Assembly: GCA_022614965.1 (NCBI GenBank)
Contig: JAKEHO010000071.1
Span: forward strand, 19,804-83,803
Direction: 5' to 3'
Source of the DNA: Gammaproteobacteria bacterium
Lineage (GTDB): Bacteria; Pseudomonadota; Gammaproteobacteria; JAKEHO01
DNA: 64,000 nt
The translations under genes and the position numbers were made by a program. Positions 40,536 to 50,038 of the stretch are shown here, piece by piece. The number at the start of each line of letters is the position of its first letter. Within the stretch, counting starts at the first letter, position 1. The notes beneath the pieces are model-generated. The model made no database searches. It worked only from the letters and a program-made list of their open reading frames with translations, and had not been told where the DNA came from.

Positions 40536-41492
40536 CTAACAGTCGTGCGAACACCAATCCGGTGGTGTTGGGCGGGCGATCATGACGCCACGGCGCATGG
40601 GATGGCGACGGACATAATCAGCGACATCCTGCGCGGTGAGAACGACCTGCTGGTGGAAACTTGAGGCATGGAGGATTCGTGCCACATTATCGTGTCCGCG
40701 GTCAATAAAGCCTGCGTGGGTGACGAGGAGCCCGGGCTTGCTACCGATGATGGCAACGATATCGCCATCCTGTAGCGAGTCTGTCGCTGTCGCGAGCTCG
40801 GAACTGGCGATAATGAGTTGCTGGCGCTCGCTGAGGCGGGATTCCGTGTCAGCGATGGCACGAAACACTGAAGGATCTGCGAGCGCCGGAAACTGCATGG
40901 GGTGGGCGGTCATGTAGAAAAACTTTTGTTGTACCTGTTCAGTGGCGAGGGAACCAGTGAGTGGCACAAGGCGCCCGCGCTTGACATTATCGTCGATCCA
41001 GTCGCTAAAGTAATGCAGTCTTGAGCCATAACCGGCCATTGTTCCGTTACGATAACGGAACGCTTCGATCTCACGTAAAAAACAGGCCTCGCCCGGACGG
41101 TTCTCCCAGGTACAGCGTGCAAGGGCCAGGGTGCTCTCGATGAAGGAGACGCACTGGAATGTCTCGAGATTGACATTCAGTGTCTCGGGCGCAGCGGGCT
41201 GTGGCGCATCCCGATACGGCTTACCAAGCTGGACCTTCGCGCTTCTCGTGATGAGTTCGCCGAAGGACTCATGCGTTCGCCTCCGGCCGACTGCGTCATA
41301 CCAGCGTCTTAGCAAAGCCGCCTGAAGGGGGTCGAGCCCGTTTAGCTGCGGTGATCGTTGCGTCGACGGCATGTTCTGGGCCGCTGCCTCGTGCGCCGGC
41401 ATAGCTGCACTGGCGGCATACACGAGGATCCCGTCATAGAAAGACAGCCCAAGTAGTGCAGAAAACGCGACGATTACCCGCAGGGATTGCAT
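40536..41492 (-). CDS. DUF1460 (N-acetylmuramoyl-L-alanine amidase-like) protein
   Basis: LGKPYRDAP..LNVNLETFQCVSFIESTLALA..FRYRNGTMAGYGSRLHYFSDWIDDN..GDIVAI..VTHAGF..ILHASS. Confidence 0.8.
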   Translation of the reverse strand: MQSLRVIVAFSALLGLSFYDGILVYAASAAMPAHEAAAQNMPSTQRSPQLNGLDPLQAALLRRWYDAVGRRRTHESFGELITRSAKVQLGKPYRDAPQPAAPETLNVNLETFQCVSFIESTLALARCTWENRPGEACFLREIEAFRYRNGTMAGYGSRLHYFSDWIDDNVKRGRLVPLTGSLATEQVQQKFFYMTAHPMQFPALADPSVFRAIADTESRLSERQQLIIASSELATATDSLQDGDIVAIIGSKPGLLVTHAGFIDRGHDNVARILHASSFHQQVVLTAQDVADYVRRHPMRRGVMIARPTPPDWCSHDC

Positions 41493-41591
41493 AGTATTGA
41501 TTCTAGGATCTGTCCGCTTTAAATGCACGTGGCGCTTTAAAGCCGCGATATTATAATCAGAAGGTTTTTTGGATAGGTTCAGGCAAGGATC

Positions 41592-42653
41592 ATGATCTTT
41601 CGTCAGTTATTTGATAACGCTTCTTACACGTATACCTATCTCATCGCAAGCCGGCGGGGCGCGGAGGCGCTGATTATCGACCCGGTGCTTGAGAAAGTCG
41701 ATCGATATGTTCAGTTGTTGAAGGAACTCGAACTCAAACTGGTGAAGGCGATTGATACCCACATCCATGCGGATCACATTACAGGATTGGGCGCGCTGCG
41801 CGACCGCACCCGGTGCATTACGGTAATGGGCAAGGAGAGCAAAGTCGACGTCGTCTCGATGCGTATCTCGGAGGGGGATCGTATCGATATCGAAGATATT
41901 GGGCTCGATGTAATCTATACGCCAGGGCACACTGACGATTCGTATAGCTTTCTTATGAATGATCGCGTGTTTACTGGCGATACACTCTTGATCCGTGGAA
42001 GCGGCAGAACGGATTTTCAGAATGGAGATCCGCGTGCTGCCTATGATTCACTGTTCAACAAGCTGCTCCGACTACCTGATGAAACGCTAGTGTATCCGGC
42101 GCATGACTATAAGGGAGATACGCTCAGTACCATCGGAGAGGAAAAGGCGTATAACCCGCGCCTGCAAGTGAAATCCGTTGATGAGTATGTAGATATCATG
42201 AATAGCCTGAATTTGCCAGATCCAAGATTAATGGATGTGGCGATACCCGTGAATATAAAGATCGGCCTATCTCAATCTGAAATTGCGTCGCGTGGCTGGT
42301 CATTGCCGGTGGAAGCGACACTCGAAGTGGTTGGCCGCCGAGATGCGGTGCTGATCGATCTTCGCGATAAAAGCGAGCGCGCTCGATATGGCGTGATTCC
42401 AGGATCTGTACATGTGCCGTACGCCGATATTGAGAAGAAGGTTAATCCAGGTGGGCTGCTGCACGAATTGGCCTTGGCTACGGGCAAGCGTCTCATTTTC
42501 TACTGTGCCTTTGGCGAACGCTCGGCGATGGCGGTGGAGATCGCGCGGAACGCAGGTTTGAACAACACCTATCACATTACGGGAGGGCTCGATGCATGGA
42601 AGAAAATGGGAGGTCCGCTCGTTGCGCCCTCGTCAAGCCAACCGGCTCCCTAG
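41592..42653 (+). CDS. persulfide dioxygenase (ETHE1/MBL-fold) fused to a rhodanese domain
   Basis: MIFRQLFDNASYTYTYLIA...DTHIHADHITG...TPGHTDDS. C-terminal rhodanese with a CAFGERS active-site loop. Confidence 0.9.
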   Translation: MIFRQLFDNASYTYTYLIASRRGAEALIIDPVLEKVDRYVQLLKELELKLVKAIDTHIHADHITGLGALRDRTRCITVMGKESKVDVVSMRISEGDRIDIEDIGLDVIYTPGHTDDSYSFLMNDRVFTGDTLLIRGSGRTDFQNGDPRAAYDSLFNKLLRLPDETLVYPAHDYKGDTLSTIGEEKAYNPRLQVKSVDEYVDIMNSLNLPDPRLMDVAIPVNIKIGLSQSEIASRGWSLPVEATLEVVGRRDAVLIDLRDKSERARYGVIPGSVHVPYADIEKKVNPGGLLHELALATGKRLIFYCAFGERSAMAVEIARNAGLNNTYHITGGLDAWKKMGGPLVAPSSSQPAP

Positions 42654-42690
42654 GTACGTGAATCCACTAGAGTGAGTTGACATTTGCTAA

Positions 42691-43296
42691 ATGGGTGTAT
42701 TGTGGCTAAGCCTCGCCTTTCTCGTCATTCTCGGGATCACATGGGTAGTCATTTGGCTACGAGAGAACAAAAAGGCGCGACAGTTACAGAAGCTCATGAC
42801 GCGCAATGCGTTGTCGATGTTGAATATCGTGCTTGTTTCGGCGAGGGAACCTGACACGGGTGCCTTAGCAAAGGAAAAGCAAAATGATGAGTATCTCGTT
42901 GGCTACATGGCGGGCATTGCAAGTGCTTGCGCCACTTTCACGTCCAGATTGACCCGTTCTCGGGTGCGCTCAGATGATCAATTGCACTATCTGCACAGGA
43001 TATTGAGAACCTATTTCCCCGGAGCGGCTGAGGCGATCATGCACGCTTTTGTGCAGAAGGCATGCGATCCCGATAGCACCTTTTCCCACGCTCGAAACAG
43101 GGCGGAGGCTGATATGACGGATTATTGGGAGGCCCTGAACAAGGGGATAAAAACCGAGGAGGAACCCAATGCGGCTTTACTCTGTCCAGGACTTATTGCG
43201 CATCTAGGGCGGAGTGCAATGGCTGTTATTCCAACCGTCGATGGCAAAATCGTATTCAAGGGGATATTCGAGCAGTATGTGGAGACCGATGCATAG
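42691..43296 (+). CDS. hypothetical protein with N-terminal TM anchor
   Basis: 201-aa ORF. No family recognised. Confidence 0.5.
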   Translation: MGVLWLSLAFLVILGITWVVIWLRENKKARQLQKLMTRNALSMLNIVLVSAREPDTGALAKEKQNDEYLVGYMAGIASACATFTSRLTRSRVRSDDQLHYLHRILRTYFPGAAEAIMHAFVQKACDPDSTFSHARNRAEADMTDYWEALNKGIKTEEEPNAALLCPGLIAHLGRSAMAVIPTVDGKIVFKGIFEQYVETDA

Positions 43297-43440
43297 ATGC
43301 AATGTCCATCACGTACCCCTCTTTATCGGGCATCTCAATTTGGAGGTGGGCAGCGTCAGCATTGAATCTATTTCTTCAAATCATGCTGATTACAACGTGA
43401 TTCATGAATTTGTTGCAAGACAGATCAGGAGGCAACCGAA

Positions 43441-43848
43441 ATGCTCACTATAAATCCAGGTGAAGTCAATGAAATCCGAGACTTGGTTGATTTCATGCGC
43501 CAGCAATTCTTCGATGCGGTTCTTAAGGCGAGCATTCAGATTAAAGGGCAAAAATTAAAGCCAAAAACACTTGATATGACGTTTGCAGATTTACAGAAGA
43601 AGTGCGATCGTTGTGAGGTCGCTGAGAAGGCCTTAGCGGTCGGTGAGGCACAAACTCGCGACTGGCATGACCGCCTTCTAGAACAAAGGAATGAGATAGA
43701 GCACAAAATAACAACTCATGAGAAATGGCTTAGGGACAAGGCGGGCCGCATTCAGGCTGATGTGGAGTTGCTCCGCGAGATCCTCGTCGAATTGGGGGCA
43801 ATGCGCTATGAGGCTGGCGTCGATCCGACTGGTATGCGCGGAGGTTGA
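43441..43848 (+). CDS. hypothetical coiled-coil protein
   Basis: 135-aa ORF, Glu/Lys/Arg-rich and helical. No family recognised. Confidence 0.45.
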   Translation: MLTINPGEVNEIRDLVDFMRQQFFDAVLKASIQIKGQKLKPKTLDMTFADLQKKCDRCEVAEKALAVGEAQTRDWHDRLLEQRNEIEHKITTHEKWLRDKAGRIQADVELLREILVELGAMRYEAGVDPTGMRGG

Positions 43849-43950
43849 GTCTCAATTGATGGACATTACGAAATTCAAACGGCGCTGTGGCTTGGGGCCG
43901 CATTGGTTGCGCATAAGGTAAATTCGGTTTTTTGGGCCTTATCTCCCGTT

Positions 43951-44226
43951 ATGGATCTGCTAGAGATTAAAACAGATTGGGAAAAGCGAGGATTTACCTG
44001 CGATGTCTGGGTCGATCCACCCGGGCAAGTGTGGCAAGATTTTGTTCATGGGACGGACGAATTGGTAATGCTGATCGAAGGTGAGATCGAGTTGTCATTT
44101 CAGGGCAAGACGCTGCGTCCCAGCATTGCTGAAGAGATCGTGATCCCGGCGGGTGCAAGGCATACCGTAATCAATATTGGTAAAACAACGAATCGCTGGT
44201 ATTACGGCAATAAGAAGCCACGCTAG
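43951..44226 (+). CDS. small cupin domain protein
   Basis: Trimmed to ATG 43951. FVHGTDELVMLIEGEIELSFQGKT...IPAGARHTVIN. Confidence 0.7.
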   Translation: MDLLEIKTDWEKRGFTCDVWVDPPGQVWQDFVHGTDELVMLIEGEIELSFQGKTLRPSIAEEIVIPAGARHTVINIGKTTNRWYYGNKKPR

Positions 44227-44289
44227 GATGCTTCAGAGTCCGAGCTGGCGCCTGCCTAGTGGATTCTAGACGTTAGGCCAGCGCACGGG

Positions 44290-44463
44290 TTACCTGACGA
44301 TGGCATAGTAGATGACATACAGCCAGGAAAGGATCCCGTGGAATATCGCCCAAACGATTGATTTGTTGACGGACCACGAGATCGCAATCGCCAACGCCGA
44401 TCCCAAGCCGATTCCGAATCTCGCTCCCTCAGCCCTGTAAATAAATATCCTGCCTCCGTTCAT
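44290..44463 (-). CDS. small membrane protein (57 aa)
   Basis: Not in the track. RBS ggggga upstream. MNGGRIFIYRAEGARFGIGLGSALAIAISWSVNKSIVWAIFHGILSWLYVIYYAIVR. Confidence 0.5.
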   Translation of the reverse strand: MNGGRIFIYRAEGARFGIGLGSALAIAISWSVNKSIVWAIFHGILSWLYVIYYAIVR

Positions 44464-44546
44464 CGAAATCCCCCTGTCAGATTAACGCGTCACTCGCGCT
44501 TATCGCATTATTGAATAACTGTCATTGTTCAAGTCCAGTGGTTGTC

Positions 44547-45044
44547 TTACCAGGAACCCCAATAGGCCTCAATACAGGGTTTCTCAGCAAGCACTTTATC
44601 AGAGCGCGCATCTTCGATACGTAGTGCCTGGGTCGACGCCAACATGGATCGAGTTACCCGGTAATTATGACCAGCTTCAGCATTAAACTCCAAGGTGCTC
44701 TGGCAGTAGTTCATCCAGTCAAATAAAACTGCGGTAACCGCGTGCGGGCCAGCGGGGAGCTCAACTTGGTAGGGCAGCTGATAGAAGTTCGATAGATTGC
44801 TGCTACCAAATGCCTTACCGTCAATCATCGAAATACGCGTATCGCTTCCGAAAAGAAAGGAATGGCTTCCATTAATAACTGCAGACTCATGCTTTTCCAG
44901 TTGCAGCTCGTCAGCCACTGACACTTTCGGTCTTGTCCATGGCTTAGAACATCCGGACATTACCAGCACAGCAAGTACTACAACTATACTTAAGCAGATA
45001 CCTGCTTTGGTTGGCGTCATCTGAGAAGTCATTGCGATCAGCAC
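44547..45044 (-). CDS. putative lipoprotein
   Basis: 165 aa. Signal peptide with lipobox MSGC. Confidence 0.6.
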   Translation of the reverse strand: MLIAMTSQMTPTKAGICLSIVVVLAVLVMSGCSKPWTRPKVSVADELQLEKHESAVINGSHSFLFGSDTRISMIDGKAFGSSNLSNFYQLPYQVELPAGPHAVTAVLFDWMNYCQSTLEFNAEAGHNYRVTRSMLASTQALRIEDARSDKVLAEKPCIEAYWGSW

Positions 45045-45165
45045 CTTTCAATGTACAATGAATGATGATCATCTTTAGTGATGCCCTAAGAGCAGCAAAG
45101 AAAAAACCGCGATGCCATATTTGGCACTATGGGATGCTCTGGACAGATGCAATAATTTTATTATA

Positions 45166-45366
45166 TCAGTGGGGCGCACGGCGGCGAAGCGGAAACGCGA
45201 TCAGATGATAAAGGGCGTGATCCGTGCGACAATACGCGATTCCGCCTTGTGCAAACTTGTCAAACTGATTGACCCGAGCGGTGCCAACCGTACAGGCGCT
45301 GAGGGAAATCGAAACACCAATAGCCAGAAGCAGACGCACCAACCCGCCCGCAAATCTATCTGACAT
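45166..45366 (-). CDS. possible small lipoprotein
   Basis: 66 aa with an LSAC lipobox. Weak call. Confidence 0.3.
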   Translation of the reverse strand: MSDRFAGGLVRLLLAIGVSISLSACTVGTARVNQFDKFAQGGIAYCRTDHALYHLIAFPLRRRAPH

Positions 45367-45490
45367 CCCGATTCTCTAAACTTTTACGCCTGTAGTGTAG
45401 CGTAATTCCTCTGTGGTTCCTGCGCGATGGCCGTACGTAAATTGCCGAAGCACTAGGCTTGTGGTTGCGCCACGCGCGGGGTGAACGCCG

Positions 45491-46024
45491 TCAATGTGCT
45501 TGGATATCTTGTTTCGCCTTGCTGGTCTGCACCAGTTGATTAAACAGGCTCGATTCACGTTTATAGAAGCCTTCAGTATGAAATGTGTCAGCAAGGCCGA
45601 ACAGCTCATAGTCTAGGTGATGGCAGAGTTCGTGTAGTAAGGTTCGAAGGAATGTATTGAATGCAACGATACGCTTGTACCGAGCCGTACGCATCCAGAG
45701 CTGGACTCTTGCTGAGGTTCCTTCTTCTGGCAAATATTGTCCATGGAGTTCTCCTCGGTCGTCATGGGGACGCACGGCGAGAATTTCAACCCTGACCGGC
45801 GGTACGTTAAGCTCGCTCGTTATCCCATTGGCCAGCTTCTGACACAACGACTTTATAAGGCGATTGCTGCCCCCCTTCAGCGCTGCGGCCAGTTCCTCCA
45901 CAAGCGGTTGTAAATCGCTCGGGCGAGATAGCCGGATTACGCTAATTTCATCGCTCTGGCGGTAGATCCGTTTTTGGGCTGGTGAAAGACGCTTGTAATA
46001 GGCGAAGATCATAACCGTGACCAT
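45491..46024 (-). CDS. putative zinc metallopeptidase-like protein (HExxH)
   Basis: 177 aa. LLHELCHHLDYELF contains HExxH. No firm family assignment. Confidence 0.5.
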   Translation of the reverse strand: MVTVMIFAYYKRLSPAQKRIYRQSDEISVIRLSRPSDLQPLVEELAAALKGGSNRLIKSLCQKLANGITSELNVPPVRVEILAVRPHDDRGELHGQYLPEEGTSARVQLWMRTARYKRIVAFNTFLRTLLHELCHHLDYELFGLADTFHTEGFYKRESSLFNQLVQTSKAKQDIQAH

Positions 46025-46237
46025 CTATCGATTAGTCAGCTCGGCAGCTAGACGATAGGTCCACTTTTTTCATTGCCAATAAGGGGCTTGGCCACCTAAC
46101 GAACTGTGGGACGCCTCGTCTTCGAGTGATCGCAGGTGGCCCGGCGCTGGCGAGGCGATCTTTAGGAATTCTGCATTAAGCGATGCCGAACCCGATGGAT
46201 GCCGTGACTGCCCACAAACGGGTTAGTGGCTAATGGT

Positions 46238-46618
46238 CTACTCGATTCGTTGCAGAAACCGGCCGCCCCATCCGTTTGGAAATGAGTTTACCCAACCGTT
46301 GAGCTGCTCATCAAATTGCACTTCCGTTTCATTGGGGCCATGCGCCATTATGAAAATGCCTACATTTGCCGGTGCAATTGCTCCGAAATCGGGACCGGAC
46401 GCCTCAAGATAACTTGGCTCTTCCTTAACCATAGACAGCCCAGAATTGAAGAAAGCGCGTTTTGCAGCTTCATAGACTTGCCCGTAGCTCGCGTTCTATA
46501 GGCGAGGATGGGGCGTCTCCTCGGCGTGTGAGGCTGGTAAGATGGGGAGCAACACTGTCCAAATCGTGATAAACGCCGTCAGCCACTGAACACGGAATTT
46601 GAAATGATCACTTTGCAT
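46238..46618 (-). pseudogene. secreted protein gene interrupted by one in-frame TAG
   Basis: ATG 46618 opens the signal-like MQSDHFKFRVQWLTAFITIWTVLLPILPASHA. A TAG lies at 46496-46498 (minus strand). The same frame continues as NASYGQVYEAAKRAFF... into track ORF 46238..46432. Confidence 0.4.
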
Positions 46619-46810
46619 CAACTTCGCTAGGCGCAGAAAACACAATTGAGAGGTACAGTCTTGCGTAGGCGTGCAGCAGGCGGCCCGTTCGTTCTAAATT
46701 GCTACTTAAGCGGCTGCCGGTGCAACCAGCTCATTGTTAGCTTGAACACCGTAAGTAGAGGTAATGGTACTCAGCGAGTTGTCGCCGTCAAGGGCCATGT
46801 GCCGGCATGT

Positions 46811-46839
46811 AAAAGAAGACCCCGCCGATTGGCGGGGTC
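46811..46839 (-). terminator. rho-independent terminator of the DUF1097 gene
   Basis: GACCCCGCC-aatc-GGCGGGGTC followed by TTCTTTT when read on the minus strand. Confidence 0.75.
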
Positions 46840-46958
46840 TGATGTGCCAAGCCTCTCCTTAGAGTACAAGGGTCCTGGTGCTGTCGCCGTTTATTTTTGT
46901 TTGGCCATATTTGGCTTCACGCAAGGCGCCTGCGAACCTCGTTGAGGTCATTCACACA

Positions 46959-47480
46959 TTATTTTTGGGTCAGGACGCCGCCAAGCTTGCCGGAGATCCA
47001 GCCAAAGATTCCGCCGGCGACCAGTGAGAGCGCGATTTGCAGCGTGACATTGCCAAAATGACCGCCGGTCAACAGGTCAAGGGTCATCACGTCGGGTGTC
47101 TGCAGGTAAAAGGCGAACGTACTGGCATAGCCGAACACGCTGGCCGGGATGGACGACAGGAGCCCGATATGCGCGCCAAGGCATAGGCCCAACACCGTTA
47201 GGCCGACCATGATCGCGGCCCACACGGGAAGCGAAAGTTGCTCGGCCAGAGGGATCGAAAGGATTAGGACCGCTGCGACCCACGCGCAGAAGACGCCAAA
47301 CAGATTACAGAGGATTCCTTTCTGCAGTGCCGCATTGTCCCCCCCTAACGCGAAAAACGTGGCCCAGCCAACAAACATGCCCCAGACTACAATAAATCCT
47401 CCCAGTGGGCCCAACGCCAACCACGTCGCGACTCCCCCAAGGACGCCAATACTAATCGAAAGTGCGACAAGACTCGTCAT
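46959..47480 (-). CDS. DUF1097 family inner-membrane protein
   Basis: Trimmed to ATG 47480 (RBS gggggga). 173 aa, multi-TM, Gly/Ala-rich. Confidence 0.75.
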   Translation of the reverse strand: MTSLVALSISIGVLGGVATWLALGPLGGFIVVWGMFVGWATFFALGGDNAALQKGILCNLFGVFCAWVAAVLILSIPLAEQLSLPVWAAIMVGLTVLGLCLGAHIGLLSSIPASVFGYASTFAFYLQTPDVMTLDLLTGGHFGNVTLQIALSLVAGGIFGWISGKLGGVLTQK

Positions 47481-48461
47481 GGTAAAAATCCCCCCTACGA
47501 AAGCAAATGAACGGAGACACCTACTAGCTAGCTTCACGTATCTCCAATACCGATCATCTGCCATATTTTGAACGATATCAACTGGCAATACGGTCTAAAA
47601 ACGTGTGGCCAGCCCTCCCGCGCAAGGCCATGCATCAAAACTCGGGTTACAAGCGGGCGTCTGAGCGTTGATTTGGTTGATAACAGCGGCGAAGCCACGC
47701 AGAAACCATTGCGGCTAGCCGAAAATCTCCGCGCGGCGCGCAGAGCGATTCGAATATTTGACCCTTTGAGGCCCATAGGCGTGCAATGGTAAGCGCGGGG
47801 GACTGGCAATCGCTGAGCGAACGCGAAGGGAACAGGCGTTCGGCTCACCTATACGCCGAAGCAAAGGGGCCTTCGAAAAGGTCATATGACGAGATGGGCT
47901 GTGTCGCTCTTATGATAACGGTGAGTACGTTGTGGGCGATCGCAACAAGGCATTGAGGCTCTTATCTGGCGGATCGTCATCTGGGGCCTGGGGGCGCGTA
48001 AAAGAATGAAGATTTGAGGGTAATGGGCATCTCTAAATCACAAACCCTCGCCAACCTTTATCTATCTCAGAGCAAGATCATTCAAGGTGGTGACGCGCGA
48101 TGATTCGCACATTAGGTTCATGAGGTAAGGCGCTGTTTCATACACCATGTTAGTTTTTCATTCTCTTCTGGTAAGCCATGATAGCCAACCTGTGTCAAGG
48201 TGAGTCTGATCGCGAAGAAGCAGAAGCAGCATAAGAGTAACGCTTGGCCTGTGTATTCTTACGTTTGGAAGCGGCCGGACAAACGTATTGCATGGCGCTG
48301 TCCATTTTCTGATCTTCGTTGCATTTCTTGGTCATATCTTTGACTAGCGTGGTCCATCAACTTGTGGAGCTTGATTCCACTCGCGGTATAGTCAGGTGAT
48401 TTGATTATCTAATGAGTGAGAGGGCGTTGGCTTGCTACAGAGTCTACGGTAGCCAAGGTCA

Positions 48462-49052
48462 CTAGAATTTCTCAAACGACTTTTGTACTTTCTGAAGGAA
48501 CATGTTGCGATGCTTCTCGGACGTACGGTCAAGGTCATGGTGTGCCAAGTAGATGACTTGGGCGCCCTTACCAAGAAGGGGTTTTAGGCCGCGCAACAGC
48601 ATTGTTTTGATGGGGTGGCGCATAATCAATTGTACGAACCACCAAGGCGCCCCGTATGTAGTGACAAGTGCGAGCTTCTGGATGTGCTGCAGCCCCGGCT
48701 GCAGCGGCCCGCCGTTGCCCGTCAGATGGAAAGCGACGCCCGGGAGCCAAACTCGATCCAGATAGCCCTTCAGAATTGCCGGCATGCCGTGCCACCATGT
48801 CGGGAAACAAAATACCAGTGCCTCGGCCCAGCGGAGATTATCGACGTATTCCTGAACTGTGTCTGTATTTTCCCCCGACATGAAGTATCTATTTCGTTCA
48901 TCACGGGTTAATACAGGTTGGAAATTCTCCCGGTACAGATCAGTATCGATGACATCATGACCGCGGCGAGTAAGTATATCCAGAATTCGCCGGTGGATCG
49001 CGCTGTTGAAACTTTCTTCTACCGGGTGTGCATATATGACCAGAATCCGCAT
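48462..49052 (-). CDS. NAD(P)H dehydrogenase (quinone)/flavodoxin-like fold protein
   Basis: Trimmed to ATG 49052. MRILVIYAHPVEESFNSAI...FCFPTWWHGMPAILKGYLDRV. Confidence 0.85.
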   Translation of the reverse strand: MRILVIYAHPVEESFNSAIHRRILDILTRRGHDVIDTDLYRENFQPVLTRDERNRYFMSGENTDTVQEYVDNLRWAEALVFCFPTWWHGMPAILKGYLDRVWLPGVAFHLTGNGGPLQPGLQHIQKLALVTTYGAPWWFVQLIMRHPIKTMLLRGLKPLLGKGAQVIYLAHHDLDRTSEKHRNMFLQKVQKSFEKF

Positions 49053-49195
49053 GAATACGCAGGGTCGTAAGAGCAAAGAGATCGGTAATTCCTGTTTAGG
49101 AACGTAGTTACTGGATTGCTCGCTGCGAGATGACGCGCACGGTGATCCAAACTGTGATTCAAAGCATATACGTGACGCGTAAAATGGGTGTGGTC

Positions 49196-49591
49196 TTATT
49201 CCACTGTAAAATAAATGCGGTCAATGACAGTCCCATCTTCCGTCTGCACATCGACCCGCCACTGACCGATCCAATCCGGCGAGATATTCTTAGCGCTCCA
49301 CGTCCTCCAGTTTGAACTGCGGACAGGAAGTGCCACTTCCCCTACCAAATAGTCCCCGTAATGCCACGCGTGTGTGATGAACGTTGCATCTGTGGCACCT
49401 ATAATTCGTGTAAATGCGTACAGCTTCCCCACGAAAGCAGGGAATGTCGTGTTTATTCCTTGGGGCACGTGATCTCGAATTGACGTGGCGATAAGTGGGT
49501 CATGAACTTCCAACTCTTCAGCCTGTAGGCGCGCAGGAATCACGAGGACTACGATAAACGCTGCCGTCAATAGTGGCACGTTCAAGCGCAT
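49196..49591 (-). CDS. DUF2914-like secreted protein
   Basis: Trimmed to ATG 49591 (signal peptide). ITHAWHYGDYLVGEVALPVRSSNWRTWSAKNI...GQWRVDVQTEDGTVI. Confidence 0.55.
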   Translation of the reverse strand: MRLNVPLLTAAFIVVLVIPARLQAEELEVHDPLIATSIRDHVPQGINTTFPAFVGKLYAFTRIIGATDATFITHAWHYGDYLVGEVALPVRSSNWRTWSAKNISPDWIGQWRVDVQTEDGTVIDRIYFTVE

Positions 49592-49697
49592 TGCGTTTGG
49601 CTCCTTATCTGACCTGACCTGCTTAAGTTTATCAGAAAAATCCAAATACGCTCGTGTCAGCGTAGTGATCCTCCGAGCTCAATCCACTGAAGACCTA

Positions 49698-49979
49698 TCA
49701 AAGATACTTGGGGAACTCTCGCTCGAAGCGCGGAAAGTAGGTTGAGATCACCGAAATATCAAATCGGGACAGTATGGACTCCTTTGGTTCATGCTCTAAC
49801 AGGAATTTAAAAGCCGCCTCCACGCACTGTTCCGGTCTTACCCTGGCACCGGTGAGTGCCCGATATGTTGATTGTGTGATGGTTACATGGTGTTGTGTTT
49901 GACCATTGGCTTCTTTAACAGTCACGTTAAATTCCATGGGTTCACCGTTCCAAGTTTGGTGGACACGAATCATATTCAA
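49698..49979 (-). CDS. hypothetical protein
   Basis: 93-aa ORF. No family recognised. Confidence 0.45.
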   Translation of the reverse strand: MNMIRVHQTWNGEPMEFNVTVKEANGQTQHHVTITQSTYRALTGARVRPEQCVEAAFKFLLEHEPKESILSRFDISVISTYFPRFEREFPKYL

Positions 49980-50038
49980 TCACCTCAGTCAATTCTGACA
50001 CACGGTGAGCGGCATGCAAGCATCAACATATTGCTGCT

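Noticed and set aside
38819-46498. In-frame TAG codons as evidence for amber recoding or suppression (for example a pyrrolysine-like system).
   Set aside because: TAG terminates many confident genes here (higA 5009-5011, ABM 5598-5600, both EF-hand genes, and the Cache paralog at 37510-37512). No pyl-type genes are seen. Pseudogenisation is the simpler reading.
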